Assembly (NCBI RefSeq): GCF_004010195.1
Contig: NC_057719.1
Coordinates: forward strand, 36,918,092 to 36,938,091
Length of the DNA stretch: 20,000 nt
Source of the DNA: Chiloscyllium plagiosum
Lineage: Eukaryota
Direction of reading: 5' to 3'
Shown: piece after piece, positions 1 through 10,517 of the stretch
How positions within the stretch are numbered: position 1 is the stretch's first letter
Layout: every line of letters starts with the position of its first letter
Notes under the pieces: model-generated
What the model was told of the DNA's origin: nothing
What the model saw: only the letters and a program-made list of their open reading frames with translations
Databases searched by the model: none
Translations under genes and position numbers: made by a program

Positions 1-813
1 TCACCTTTCACCCCCTTTCGCTGATTTAAAATCTATCGCCTCCTTAAATTTACTCAATAACCTAGCATTCCACTATATTGTTGGATCGGGAATTCCACAG
101 ATTCACACCACTGAGAATAATAATCGCTCCTCATCTCTGTTTTAAACCTGCTACTCGTTATCCTAAAATTATGACTTCTCATTCCAGATTGTCCCAGAAG
201 AGGAAGCATCTCCCCTAATTCAATCTTCTTTAGCATCATGTATACCTCCATTAGATCTCCCCTTAGTCATCTAAATTCCAGAACCTGTAGGCTGAAGCTG
301 CTCAATCTCTCTTCATCAACAAACCTCTTCCCTCTGGGATCATTCCAGTGAACCTCCTCAAAACTGCCTCCAATGCAACAATATCCGTCCTGAAATAAGA
401 GGAACAGAAATGCATACAGAACGATTAGATTAGATTCCCTACTGTGTGGAAACAGGCCTTTCGGCCCAACCGGCCATCTGAAGAGTAACCCACCCAGACC
501 CATCTCCCTTGACTAATGCACCTAACACTATGGGCAATTTAGCATGGCCAATTCACCTGACCTGCACATCTTTGGACTGTGGGAGGAAACCAACGCAGAC
601 ACAGGGAGAATGTGCAAACTCCACACAGTCACCCAAGGTTGGAATCGAACCTGGGACCCTGGTGCTGTGAGGCAGCAGTGCTAACCACTGAGCCACCGCA
701 CTATGGTCTCACTAATGCCTTGTACAGTTGCAGATACACTTTCCTACTTTTAGACTTGATTCCTTCAGCAATAAATGCCAAAATATGATTTGTCTTCCTT
801 ATTTCTTGCTGTA
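1..813 (-). mobile_element. Decayed CR1-clade LINE ORF2 3' region, interrupted by a SINE at ~423-700
   Basis: The minus strand translates in pieces to KANHILAFIAEGIKSKSRKVYLQLYKALVRP (before the SINE) and CMHFCSSYFRTDIVALEAVLRRFTG (after it). This is the typical CR1 post-RT motif 'LYKALVRPxLEYCxQFWSP'. Many stops and frameshifts. Confidence 0.8.
423..700 (-). mobile_element. Near full-length tRNA-derived SINE (HE1/V-SINE-like)
   Basis: The minus strand begins GCGGTGGCTCAGTGGTTAGCA (Pol III box A) and contains GGTTCGATTCC (box B). It has the central TGTGTGGAGTTTGCACATTCTCCC...CCACAGTCCAAAGATGTGCAGGT domain, a CR1-like 3' end (GGGCCGAAAGGCCTGTTTCC) and an (AATCT)n tail. Confidence 0.9.
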
Positions 814-887
814 ATAGTGAAAATAATAATGAGTTACAATAGAGATAACAACTATGGATCTGTATGAAATGTTAGGATGTGCAAGTT

Positions 888-1815
888 CATAGATGCGTAG
901 AGATATACAGCATGGATACAGACCCTTCAGTCTAACTTGTCCATGCCAACCAGCTGTCCTAAATAAAACTAGTCCTATTTGCCAGCATTTGGACAATAAT
1001 GCTCGAAACCCTAAACCCTCCAAACCTCTAATCCGTCTAAACCCTTCCTATTCATATACCCATCCAGATGCTTTTTAAATGTTGTAATTATACCAGCCTC
1101 TACCACTTCCTCATTCCATTCATGCACCATCCTCTGTGTGAAAAAGTTGCTCCTTAGGTTCCTTTTAAATTTTTCCCCTCTCATCTTAAACTTATGCCCT
1201 CCAGTTTTGGACTCCCCCACCCTGGGGAAAAGACCTTGTCTATTTATCCAATCCATGCCCCTCACAATTTTATAAATCTCTATAAGATCACCCCTGCCTC
1301 TGACACTCCAGGGAAAATAGCCCCAGCCTATTCAGCCCCTCCCTATAGCTCAAACCCTTCAATCCTTGTAAATCTTTTCTGGACCCTTTCAAGTTTCACA
1401 ACGTCCTTCCTATAGTAGGGAGACCAGAATTCATTGCAGTATTCCAAAAGTGGCCTAACCAATGTCTTGTACAGCCACAACATGACCTCCCAAATCTTAT
1501 ACTCAATGCACTGACCAATAAAGACAATCATACCAAATGCCTTCTTCACTATCCTATCTATCTGAGATTCCACTTTCAAGGAACTATGAACCTGCACTCC
1601 AAGGTCTCTTTGTTCAGCAACATTCCCCAGGACCTTACCATTAAGTGCCCTGATTTGCCTTCCCAAAATGCAGCACCTCACATTTATCTAAAATAAATTC
1701 CATCTGCCTCTCCTCGGCCCATTGGCCCATCTGATCAAGATCCCATCGTACTGTAAAGTAACTGTCCACTACACCTCCAATTTTGGTGTCATTTGAAAAC
1801 TTACCAAACATACCT
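888..1815 (-). mobile_element. 5'-truncated CR1 LINE (HER1-like): RT C-terminus plus 3' UTR
   Basis: ORF fragments GKFSNDTKIGGVVD (decayed FADDTK), QRDLGVQVHSSLKVESQIDRIVKKAFGM, LYKTLVRPLLEYC and NFFTQRMVHEWN. The 3' UTR matches the CR1 copies ending near 15579 and starting near 16682. Confidence 0.92.
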
Positions 1816-1849
1816 CGAAACATATAACACTTAAATCAAGAAGAAGATG

Positions 1850-3330
1850 CTAAATAAGCCCTCAGTTGTAAATTTGATACTGCTGCACAGTTACATCATC
1901 CCACTCAGCTATACCAGAAGTACTTTCATAAGAATTTGATAGAAAATGTTTGCGCAAAATAACTGCTCTGGAACTGAGTAGTGTGATGCTGGCAGCATAG
2001 GATGGAACTGAGCTTCATCGATTGGAATGATCCAAACCAGAGGAACACACCAAGGTATTAGCTGTACATTCTATGTTACTGAAACAGACAGCCCTTCTAT
2101 CCTCTGGTTGAGTTGATCTCAGGAAACCATACGATAAAGCTATCACTGAGTATTGAAAAATGGCCTCCAGTCAGAAACTAGAAAGATCTGGTTCAAATGG
2201 ATCCAAAGTGTTTTAAAGAGGTGGATGCTTTGAAGATTTTGTGTATTGATCCAGACAGGAAACCTGTGATTTATCCTCCATATATTGCACCAATGGAGAA
2301 TAGTGGAAGGCTTGAAAGGCCCATAGTGTTCAGGGATATGTAGATTAGGTGCATTAGTCAGGGGTAACTATAGGGTAGGGGAATGGGCCTAGGTGGGTTA
2401 CTCTTCGGAGGGTCAGTGTGGACTTGTTGGGCCGAAGGGCCTGTTTCTACACTATAGGGATTCTTCTCTTCTCTTCTCTGAAAGAGAGCTCCAAGAGATG
2501 GAAGAAAAGACAGGGATCACCAGAGTCACAAAGCCTACAGGTTGAGTAGATTCTATCATTGTGAGAGAAGCCAGACATACAGCTACAAATTAATCTGGAT
2601 CCCAAAAAATGTAATCAAACAATAAAGGGGTATCAATATCCAGACCAACACTGGAAGAGATCACACAACTTGCACTTGCAAGGGCAAACATTTTCAGTAA
2701 GTTTGATGCCAAAAACGGCTACTGGATTGAGAAGCTTGGTGACAAATCCTCACAGTAGAAAACACTCTTCACATGGTACATATCTGTGCGTACCATTTGG
2801 TCTTAAGGGCATGTCAGGTTGTGATCCTGCTGAAAGTAGATGAAACAAACAAGTGATACAAAGGAACAGTTGGCTTGTTTGATGATATCATCATCTATAG
2901 TGTTGATGAAAAATATCATGACTGCTGTCTATACAAAGACATGGAAGGAGCCAAACAAAATGGGGAGATTGAACTAAACACAGACAAATGAGTGGTGATG
3001 GTAACAACATGCTTGTGCTTTGGGTTTGGTGTTCAGAACTGATAGAGTCAAGCCAAGTCCTGAAACAGTTACACCCATCTTTCAGGTAGAAACTCCTAGT
3101 AACAAGAAATGGATGTTTCTTTACTTAATCAAGTAAATGAGCTCTTTCATACTTCACATGTCAGAACACAAAGCAAGTCTACAAGAACTGATGAGGGAAG
3201 ATACAGAGTGCCAGTGGTTAGATTACATGTGAAGAGTCTCAATAAGCTTGAAAAAGTATGTAAGGAGACAAGTCTGTCATACAAGTCTGTCATACCAACC
3301 AAGGTAAAAATCTGTCCCTCTACAAGTACA
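1850..3330 (+). mobile_element. Fossil Ty3/Gypsy LTR-retrotransposon pol (aspartic protease, RT, connection region), frameshifted
   Basis: Hand translation gives CKFDTAAQ (1867-1890, DTG-like protease motif), FYVTETDSPSIL, RLE|RELQEMEEK, LDPKKCNQTIK, PTLEEI, IFSKFDAKNGYW (2690-2725), PFGL, GLFDDIIIY (DD at 2881-2886), VKPSPETV and LQELMREDTECQW. The order is collinear with Gypsy pol. Confidence 0.85.
2319..2478 (+). mobile_element. 5'-truncated HE1-like SINE inserted in the Gypsy fossil
   Basis: Matches the 3' half of the 423-700 SINE (GCCCATAGTGTT...TAGGTGCATTAGTCA...GGGCCGAAGGGCCTGTTTC). (TTCTC)n tail. TSD TGAAAG at 2313-2318 and 2479-2484. Confidence 0.88.
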
Positions 3331-4329
3331 AGGGATAGAAACTTCTACGTAAGGATTGGGAAAAATCCTGTGTCGTTGGGAGTGGAAAAATACCCTGTGG
3401 TGGATATCTGACCTATTTCTGGGCAGAAACCTAAAATTAAAGTCAATAACTCCAAAACAATGTTGCTAATTTACATAAGTTTACATACTGCATGGAAACA
3501 GACACTTTGGTCCAACTTTGTTCCCAAACCAAACCAGGCCCACTTGCCAGCATTTGCCCATATCCCTCCAAACCCTTTCCTATTCATGTACCTGTCCAAA
3601 TGTCTTTTAAATGTTGTAACTGTATCTACCTCCACCACTTTCTTTATTCCAGATATAAACCACTCCATGTAAAAAAAAGTTGTCCCTTATGTCGTTTTTA
3701 AATCTTCCTCCTCTCACCTTAAAAATATGCCCCCTAGATTTGAACACTCCCACCCTCAGGAAAATACCATTACTATTCACCTTATCTATGGCCCTCATCA
3801 TTTGATAAACCTCTGCAAGGTCATCCCTCAACCTCTTACACTCCAGTGAAAAAAGTCCCGGCCTATCCAGCCTATTTTTATAACTCAAACCCTCCAGTCC
3901 TGACAACATCCTGGTAAATCCTTCCTCTCCAATTTAATAATATCCTTCTTATAGCAGGGCAACCAGAGCTAGATACAACCTCATCATGACTTTTCAACTA
4001 CTATACTCGAAGGTGTCAGCAATGAAGGCAAGCATGCTAAATGTCTTCTTAAACACCCTGTCCACGTGTGATGTACCTGAATCCATAGGTCTCTCTGCTT
4101 TTCCAAACTACCTGAAGCCCTACCATTAATTGCATAAGTCCCACATTTGTTTGTTTCACCAAAATGCAATACATCACATTTATCCAAATTAAACTCCATC
4201 TGCCACTCCTCAGCCCATTGACCCAATTAATCAAGGTATCTTTGTTATCTTAGATAATCTTCACTGGCCACGATACCACAAGTTTTGATGTCATCCACAA
4301 ACATGCTAACCATGTTTCCAAAATTCTTA

Positions 4330-4505
4330 GGAGAAAGTGAGGACTGCAGAGCTGAAAAATGTGTTGCTGGAAAAGCGCAATAGGTCAGGCAGCATCCAAG
4401 GAGCAGGAGTTCGTGAAGAAGGGCTTATGCCCGAAACATTGATTCTCCTGCTCCTTGGATGCTGCCTGACCTGCTGCGCTTTTCCAGCAACACATTTTTC
4501 AGCTC
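4330..4505 (+). mobile_element. Penelope-derived fold-back mini-element with a decayed hammerhead in the loop
   Basis: 61-bp inverted arms at 4349-4409 and 4445-4505 (2 mismatches). The loop is TTCGTGAAGAAGGGCTTATGCCCGAAACATTGATT. Flanking direct repeat TCCAAAATTCTTA at 4317-4329 and 4504-4516. Confidence 0.85.
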
Positions 4506-4736
4506 CAAAATTCTTATCCAAATTATTTATATAAGTGGCAACAAAAGTGGACCCAGAACATGGCTGGTCACAGGCCTGCGGTCCAAAAACAATCCTCCAC
4601 CATCACCCTGTATCTCATACTGTCAAGTCAATTTATATCCAATGGGCAAGGTTTCCCTGAATCCTATGTGATCTAATTTTACTAATTAGTCAACCATGCT
4701 CAACCTTGTCAAAGGCTTTACTAAAGTCCACGTAGA

Positions 4737-5253
4737 CACCTGCACCAATCAACCCCACCACCCTGTGGCCCAACATTTCAACTCCCCCTCCCACTCTGCC
4801 GCGGGCATGCAGGTCCTGGGCCTCCTCCATCGCCATTTCCTCACCACCAGACGCCTGGAGGAAGAACGCCTCATCTTCCGCCTCGGAACACTTAAACCCC
4901 AGGGCATCAATGTGGACTTCACCAGTTTCCTCATTTCCCCTCCCCCCATCTTACCCCAGTTCCAACTTTCCAGCTCCGCACCGTTCCCATGACCTGTCCT
5001 ACCTGCCTATCTTCCTTCCCACCTATCTGCACCACCCTCCTCTCTGACGTATCACCCTTATCCCCACCTCCATTCACCTATTGCACTCTTATCTACCTTC
5101 GCCCCAAGCCCCACTCCCTTCCTATTCATCTCTTCACCCTGGAGGCTCCCAGCCTCATTCCTGATGAAGGGCTCTTGCCCGAAACATAGATTTTCCTGCT
5201 CTTCAGATGTTGCCTGACCGGCTGTGCTTTTCCAGCACCACTCTAATCTTGAC
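4737..5253 (+). mobile_element. Penelope-like element 3' fragment (C-terminus of the GIY-YIG endonuclease region, C-rich UTR, hammerhead motif)
   Basis: ORF 4696-4992 contains PVAQHFNSPSHS...RRLEEERLIFRLGTLKPQGINVDF, the typical PLE GIY-YIG C-terminus. TSD-like TCCACGTAGA at 4727-4736 and TCCATGTAGA at 5254-5263. Confidence 0.88.
5157..5192 (+). ncRNA. Minimal type I hammerhead ribozyme motif, cleavage triplet decayed
   Basis: ATTC-CTGATGA-A-GGGC-TCTT-GCCC-GAAAC-ATA-GATT. The core boxes and stem II are intact, but the GTC triplet seen in other copies is ATA here. Confidence 0.7.
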
Positions 5254-5369
5254 TCCATGTAGATGACACCTGCCACTCTGCCTCATCAGTCTTTCTGATT
5301 CTATGAATAGTGAAGTCTGGACTTCAAAAGATGGTTATTCAGTTAGAAATGAGGATTTAATGGAGGATG

Positions 5370-5420
5370 AAGAAATGCTGGTCTTGCCAGCAAGGTCCAT
5401 ATCCATGAACAACTAAAAAG
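5370..5420 (+). mobile_element. Short decayed 3' tail of an L2-type LINE or related SINE
   Basis: AAATGCTGGTCTTGCCAGC stem-loop followed by CCATATCCATGAAC and an A-rich end. Recognised from memory of fish and shark L2-type tails. Confidence 0.4.
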
Positions 5421-6649
5421 TTAAGTTGACATCAATGCAAAGCACGCAACAGGCAATCTGGCCATTTGTTGTATTTATCTTAACAAGAAACAGTAAAAAA
5501 AAGTTGCAATATTTTAATTTTAATCAATATTATAAAACAATCACATGATCTTTTTCAAACCAAATTTTTTAGGTGATACATAGAGTCAGAAAATTTAAGA
5601 TTCTTAAAAGAAACCAGGAAGATTAATACAAGGAAAACCATTAACTTTTTCTGCATTGATAATGCCAACTGTTACTTAGCAATTTTTGTTTTGCATTGTG
5701 AGACAATTGAATTACATACTTGAGCAGAATAGCATTCAACCAGAGAGCACCTACCAAGCGACATGTGATGTTCCTTTCTAAACAACAGGTGGATAACCTT
5801 GAGATGTAGAGTAGAGGACAAAACTGGGAAAATTCTCAAACAGTTTGCTAGCTGGGTCCTGCGGGTCTGTAATTAAGTGATGTGTGTTATAATTAAAGCA
5901 TTGGATGTTGCTACAGTTTACTATCTGTCAAATTATAATTCAGTTCTGCCAATCAAATTTACCAAGTAACAAAAAAATTGTTCAGACTTATTATCTATCA
6001 AAGCAAGATCAAAATGAGATGTCCTGCTTAATGGTGCTGTACTGTATAATCATTCTCCTGCAGAAACTAAGGCAAAACTAATGTTTGAACAAAAGATGAG
6101 GCTACCTGCAACAGGTTTTATAGCCAGTCTTAGAATCAATGTCTGTAAAGCACAACTTTTGTAGCAGTTGCTTGGAGAAATTTTGTACTAATTATGGGCA
6201 TGTTTTTCTAGACTGAATGACCATATTAGGCCATTTTGATAACTATTGAACTTCACTTTATTATTTGGTAGCATTGCTCTTCAATAATACATACACTGAA
6301 CTGAATTTCACTCTGAGAGTGAGTCATTAAGCTGAATTTTACAGCCATTGGGAATGGGGGGGGTGGGTTAGATGGCGCAGGGCAGGCATGTTTAAGCTTC
6401 AATACCATGACAACCATTTGATTGGCTGGCAGCTTATGGAAATGGCACTGTTGGAATTTGGCTCAAATTTAGTTTAATGTTGTGTGTATTTATTTGTGAA
6501 GAAGTTAAACTGAGATCAGGTCACTTTAATTCTAAGTTTCGGATGAGCTCAAGTTTAAGAATGATGCAAGGAGAACATTGAAATATTTGCATGGAGGCAA
6601 GAAAGATGAGTTTACAGAATTGGAGGAAGGCAGTCTAAGTAATGGAAAC

Positions 6650-6805
6650 AATATTGCTCAACTCATGGTCAGGGTTATAAGTGGTCTGTTACAGCAAATG
6701 GTTCAGAGGGAGAGGGATGGTTAGGGAACAGAACCCATGACTGGGATCAAAGAAAATGACTTAAGACGACGTATTGGAAGAATTTTCTGTCTATCCAATA
6801 CTGAG
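6650..6805 (-). mobile_element. Old L2-clade LINE ORF2 fragment
   Basis: The minus strand gives QYWIDRKFFQ...VIFFDP, resembling the L2 RT motif 'WMxxNFLQLNxxKTExIxFGP'. Confidence 0.5.
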
Positions 6806-7664
6806 TAACAAATCCCCAGGCATTGTCAAAATGTGACTCAATCACTTTGAAAGTGCAATAACTGTTTCTACATAGACCAAGTTACAAGTAGTATAATATT
6901 TAACTTCCCTGAGCTGGATATATTTCCATAACTATATGTACAGAAACAGCTCAGGATATTTTTCTTGCTAAATTATTTGTTGCTAACAAAGACAACTTAC
7001 GCTAAGTACATCATTGGCTTGTCTAGACAGACTGGAATGTGAAGAGGTGAAGTTTTAACCTGCAATGGTGAATGTCTGTGTGCATGGGAGGTTAAAGGAG
7101 CAATAAAATGCTAGTTTGTCAGAAACATGGCAAAACACCTATTGACTGCCACATGTAACTTTTGCACATTTATTGGGGTACGACAGGCAGCCCTGTGATT
7201 AACATATGCTAAAATACAATTAACTGCATCTTTGACCTTAGATTCTGACTGTATCTGCCAGTGCACAGGTTCCCAGGGCTGTCTGAAACTTGCTTGGGTG
7301 AACGAGAGCACAGCAGGAAATGACAGGACTGAACAACTAACAGATTGGAAAGCCTGTCAATGCTAAAGATCTGACAGTGAAAAATCATCATTCAAAATGT
7401 TCAGGAAGTTTCGATGGTCTTGTTGAGGCCCTGAAGTGCCAATCTAATTTGGTTAGGAGGGGTGGGGATGAGGAGAACCATGCCAGCAGGAAGCTAGCAG
7501 CTTTAACTTTGTAAGAGGACACGTGTCAGGCACCCTTCTTTGTGAATCTCCTGGTTTCATTGGAGGCACTCCCCTCAAGATCATCCCTCTTTATTCCTCC
7601 CCTTTGCCTTGGTGGGATGGGGTTTGTGGTAAGTTCCCTGTAAAATACAGCCTATGGCTCCAAG

Positions 7665-7790
7665 AGTGAGCCAAATATTGGGAGACTGAACAATGTGATT
7701 CTGGTGCCTGGACAGTCTGAAGGGTGACCTTTGCCAGCATGGGTGTCCCAAATGATCTTGGCAGACTGTGCCTTGCACAACGTGGTGCAA
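7665..7790 (+). mobile_element. PIF/Harbinger (HARBI1-like) transposase C-terminal remnant
   Basis: Frameshifted translation EPNIGRL / M*FWCLDSLKGDL / VSQMILADCALHNVVQ. It matches the Harbinger consensus 'IExxIGxLKxRFRCLD...VxxIIxACCxLHN'. TGA and TGG are consistent with CpG decay of Arg codons. Confidence 0.7.
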
Positions 7791-8387
7791 AATCATAGGA
7801 TCACACAGTACAGAAGAGGCCCTATGGCCCACTAATTTTGTACTGCCTAAAATATACTACCAGCTACACTGGTCCTACTTTCCCACACTAGGCCTATAAC
7901 CTTGAATTCTGTCATCCTTCAAATCCTCATTCTTAGTACTATTTAAAAGTATTGAGGTTTCCCAGGCAGCGCATTCCAGAGCCCACCACCCTCTGGGTGA
8001 AAAAGATTTTCCTCAAATTCCCTCTAAAACTCCTGTCATTCACTTTTAAAACATTGACTCTTTAAAATGATGTACCCTTGCTATTGCCCCTTCAATGAAG
8101 GGGAAGACTTTCGATCCACCCTGTCCATTCCCCTCATAATCTTATCAGGTTCCCCCCTCAATCTTCACTATTCCAAAGAAAACAACTTGAGCTTATCCAG
8201 CCTCTCTGCATAGCTGAAATGCTCCAACCCAGGCAGCAAACTGGTGAACCACCTTCCCAGCCTCCCCAGTGCTATCACATCCTTTGTATAGTGCAGAGAC
8301 CAGAAGTGCATACAGTACTCCAGCTGTGGCCTAACCAAAGTTCTGTGCAGTGACAATATGACCTTACTGCTCTTACACTCTATGTCA
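7791..8387 (-). mobile_element. 5'-truncated CR1 LINE 3' end (older subfamily)
   Basis: ORF 8168-8356 reads LHRTLVRPQLEYCMHFWSLHYTKDVIAL...LKLFSLE, followed by a CR1 3' UTR ending near 7791. Confidence 0.88.
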
Positions 8388-9200
8388 CAAGGAGGAGGAG
8401 ATGACCAATCTTGATTTTCATAAATGGAAGAGAAGGATAAGGGGCAGCAACAGGCAGAATTTGATTCATCCAGGATCTGTCCAACTAGAAATGATCACGA
8501 TGGCATCATTGAGGCATGACATGTGGCACATGAATACTGAACCCACTGTGGACCTTACCCCCTCAACCTTAACATAGAGCATTCTACGATCAAGAATCTT
8601 TCCCTCTTGAGGGTATCCACTGCTCGGCCTAATTTGCTTGAAATGAAGTCTGTGATGCAGAATAATTGATAATAAAAGTGACAAATTAAAATATTTTTAA
8701 ACACCCAAGTGATTTCTCTTGTGAAGTTCTCAAGTCTTCCTCTTCTTTTTCCTGTTGGTGCTGTAAGTAGTGCTATCTAGTGCCTTAAGCAGAACTAGAA
8801 TCAGGCTGTTCCTATTCCTGCTCTTCCAAGATGTTTCTGCATGATATTCTCTGGGTTTTGGAGTCAGACAGGACCTTGTCAAAGACTGCCCTACCTATAC
8901 TGTGATGGGACAGATGGCCCAGGAGTCAGCAGATGGGGCTTCAACTGATGGAAAAAGTGGGGGGTGGGGGGGGGGGTTTGCAATGGGGAAAAGGGGAAAT
9001 CTTTGAGCAGACTCCCCACTTCCATGTGCTCTTTCTCCAGCTTCCCTCTCATGGTGCACTCACACTTCTGTTAGCATAGAACTGGAGTGCTCTTTGCTGC
9101 ACTACAGTGGGTACTGATGACCAAAGCAACTCTTTCTTACATCTTATTTAAACTGTCAGTCTGAGTGTGTAGATCACTGATCGGAGTCTGCTGTATTTGA

Positions 9201-9289
9201 TGGTCTGTACACTGTATTATGGTCCATACAGAGTCAGACGATCTATGCAGAGTCTGATAGTCTCTGCAGAGTCAGGTGGTCTATACAGA
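9201..9289. repeat. Degenerate 19-bp minisatellite (~4.5 copies)
   Basis: Units TGGTCCATACAGAGTCAGA (9220), CGATCTATGCAGAGTCTGA (9239), TAGTCTCTGCAGAGTCAGG (9258) and TGGTCTATACAGA (9277), with a weaker unit at 9201. Confidence 0.7.
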
Positions 9290-10517
9290 TGATAGTCCAC
9301 CTGAAAGTGTGCTGCAGTACTAAGACCTGCTACTCATATTAGAAATGGAGTCCTCCGTCTTTCTCCAATGGTTTGCAGTGCCTCCGAAGTACTGAACCTC
9401 TTTGAATCCCTAAGCTTAGGATCTGTCTCCAATCAAGCAGAGCTTGGAATGTTCACTGCACTTCAGTGGGAGTCCTCAGTGCTCTGTATTTCACCAGTAC
9501 TTGCTCTTACTCATTTATGATGCACGGCTCACCACGTGACAACTCAGTACTTGCCTTGGAGGCCCCACCAAGGGGTGGGTACAGAGCAGTGGAGCATACA
9601 CATGAGGCATTTAAATGGTGTCCCCGAGTACTTAACTTCAGTCTGCTCCCACCATTTCCTTAGTGAGGCTTGAAAGTCCTCTGGGAAATTAAATTCATGA
9701 AATAGAACTGACAAAAGTGTTCCAAGTCATTGTTGTGCATATGATCACTTTTCAGTTACTAGTGACATCAATGCAGCATGAGTGATTGTTGTGTAGAACA
9801 CGGCTGTGTGACATCTAATTCTATTACTAGGGCTTGAGTGGAGGTGGGAGTTAAGATGAATCTCAATGACATGATCTTGTCTCTATTCTGGCAATGCCAG
9901 CAGATAGATTTTAATGTCGTGGAGAATGGGACGCCCTGTAGCAAAGCCTGATACTGGAAGGAGGAACAGAGGTTGGCCAGGAATGAAATGGCCAGATTAA
10001 AAGGTCCACTACAATTCCAAAAACAACAGTCCAGTTTCTGCACTGGTCTCAGCAGGTTCTTTTAATAAATATACTTCCAGATTTGTTGTAAATCCCATCC
10101 ACCCACACACACCCCTTTCATTCCAATCCCTCCTGTTCCTATGCCCTCTCACCTCACCTTTTATTTTACCCCCTTCACTCTCTGCATGCCTCTGATCCCT
10201 CCCTTCACCCCATCTCACCTTCTTTACCCCAACCAACCTATCATCTTTGTATATACTTCGTAAGTGGAATTCACAAGCCTTATATTAACATTTGGAAGTC
10301 ATTGAAAAGCTAATAAACCAGTCAAAATAAATAAGTGTCACTTGAACAGGCATTTAAATGATTGTTAGCATCTTTAGCAAGTCTGTCAAAACCATCAGGC
10401 ACACCTTTTCTTGCAACATTGGAATAAGTAAACTCTGCACATCAGACCCATGAGTTCTTGTGAAGGCTATAAAAGTCTACACATCTGTCAAAGCTTGTAA
10501 GCAGATAAATAGATAGT

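Larger units (their letters stand above)
3472..5300 (-). mobile_element. CR1 LINE (RT domain to 3' UTR) interrupted by two Penelope-derived insertions
   Basis: The minus strand reads VIYMD|FSKAFDKVEHG across the 4737-5253 insertion, followed by MFVDDIKT, MGQWAEEWQMEFNLDKC and GLEGLSYKNRLDRPGLFSLE, then the CR1 3' UTR. Confidence 0.9.

Noticed and set aside
625..700. tRNA-like sequence with A and B boxes
   Set aside because: It is the head of a SINE, continuous with the SINE body and tail, not a tRNA gene.
1005..1046. AAACCCTAAACCCT telomere-like repeats
   Set aside because: Only two copies, and not the vertebrate TTAGGG unit. Best explained as local slippage of the CR1 CTAAACCCT sequence.
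3109..3411. 100-aa + ORF as a host gene
   Set aside because: It overlaps the frameshifted Gypsy RT connection region and has no independent gene features.
7300..7390. Cluster of TGACAG/CTGTCA (Meis-type) motifs as an enhancer
   Set aside because: Short motifs are expected by chance and cannot be supported without conservation or chromatin data.
8958..8997. G-rich tract with G-quadruplex potential
   Set aside because: A simple poly-G run, common in these genomes, with no supporting context.
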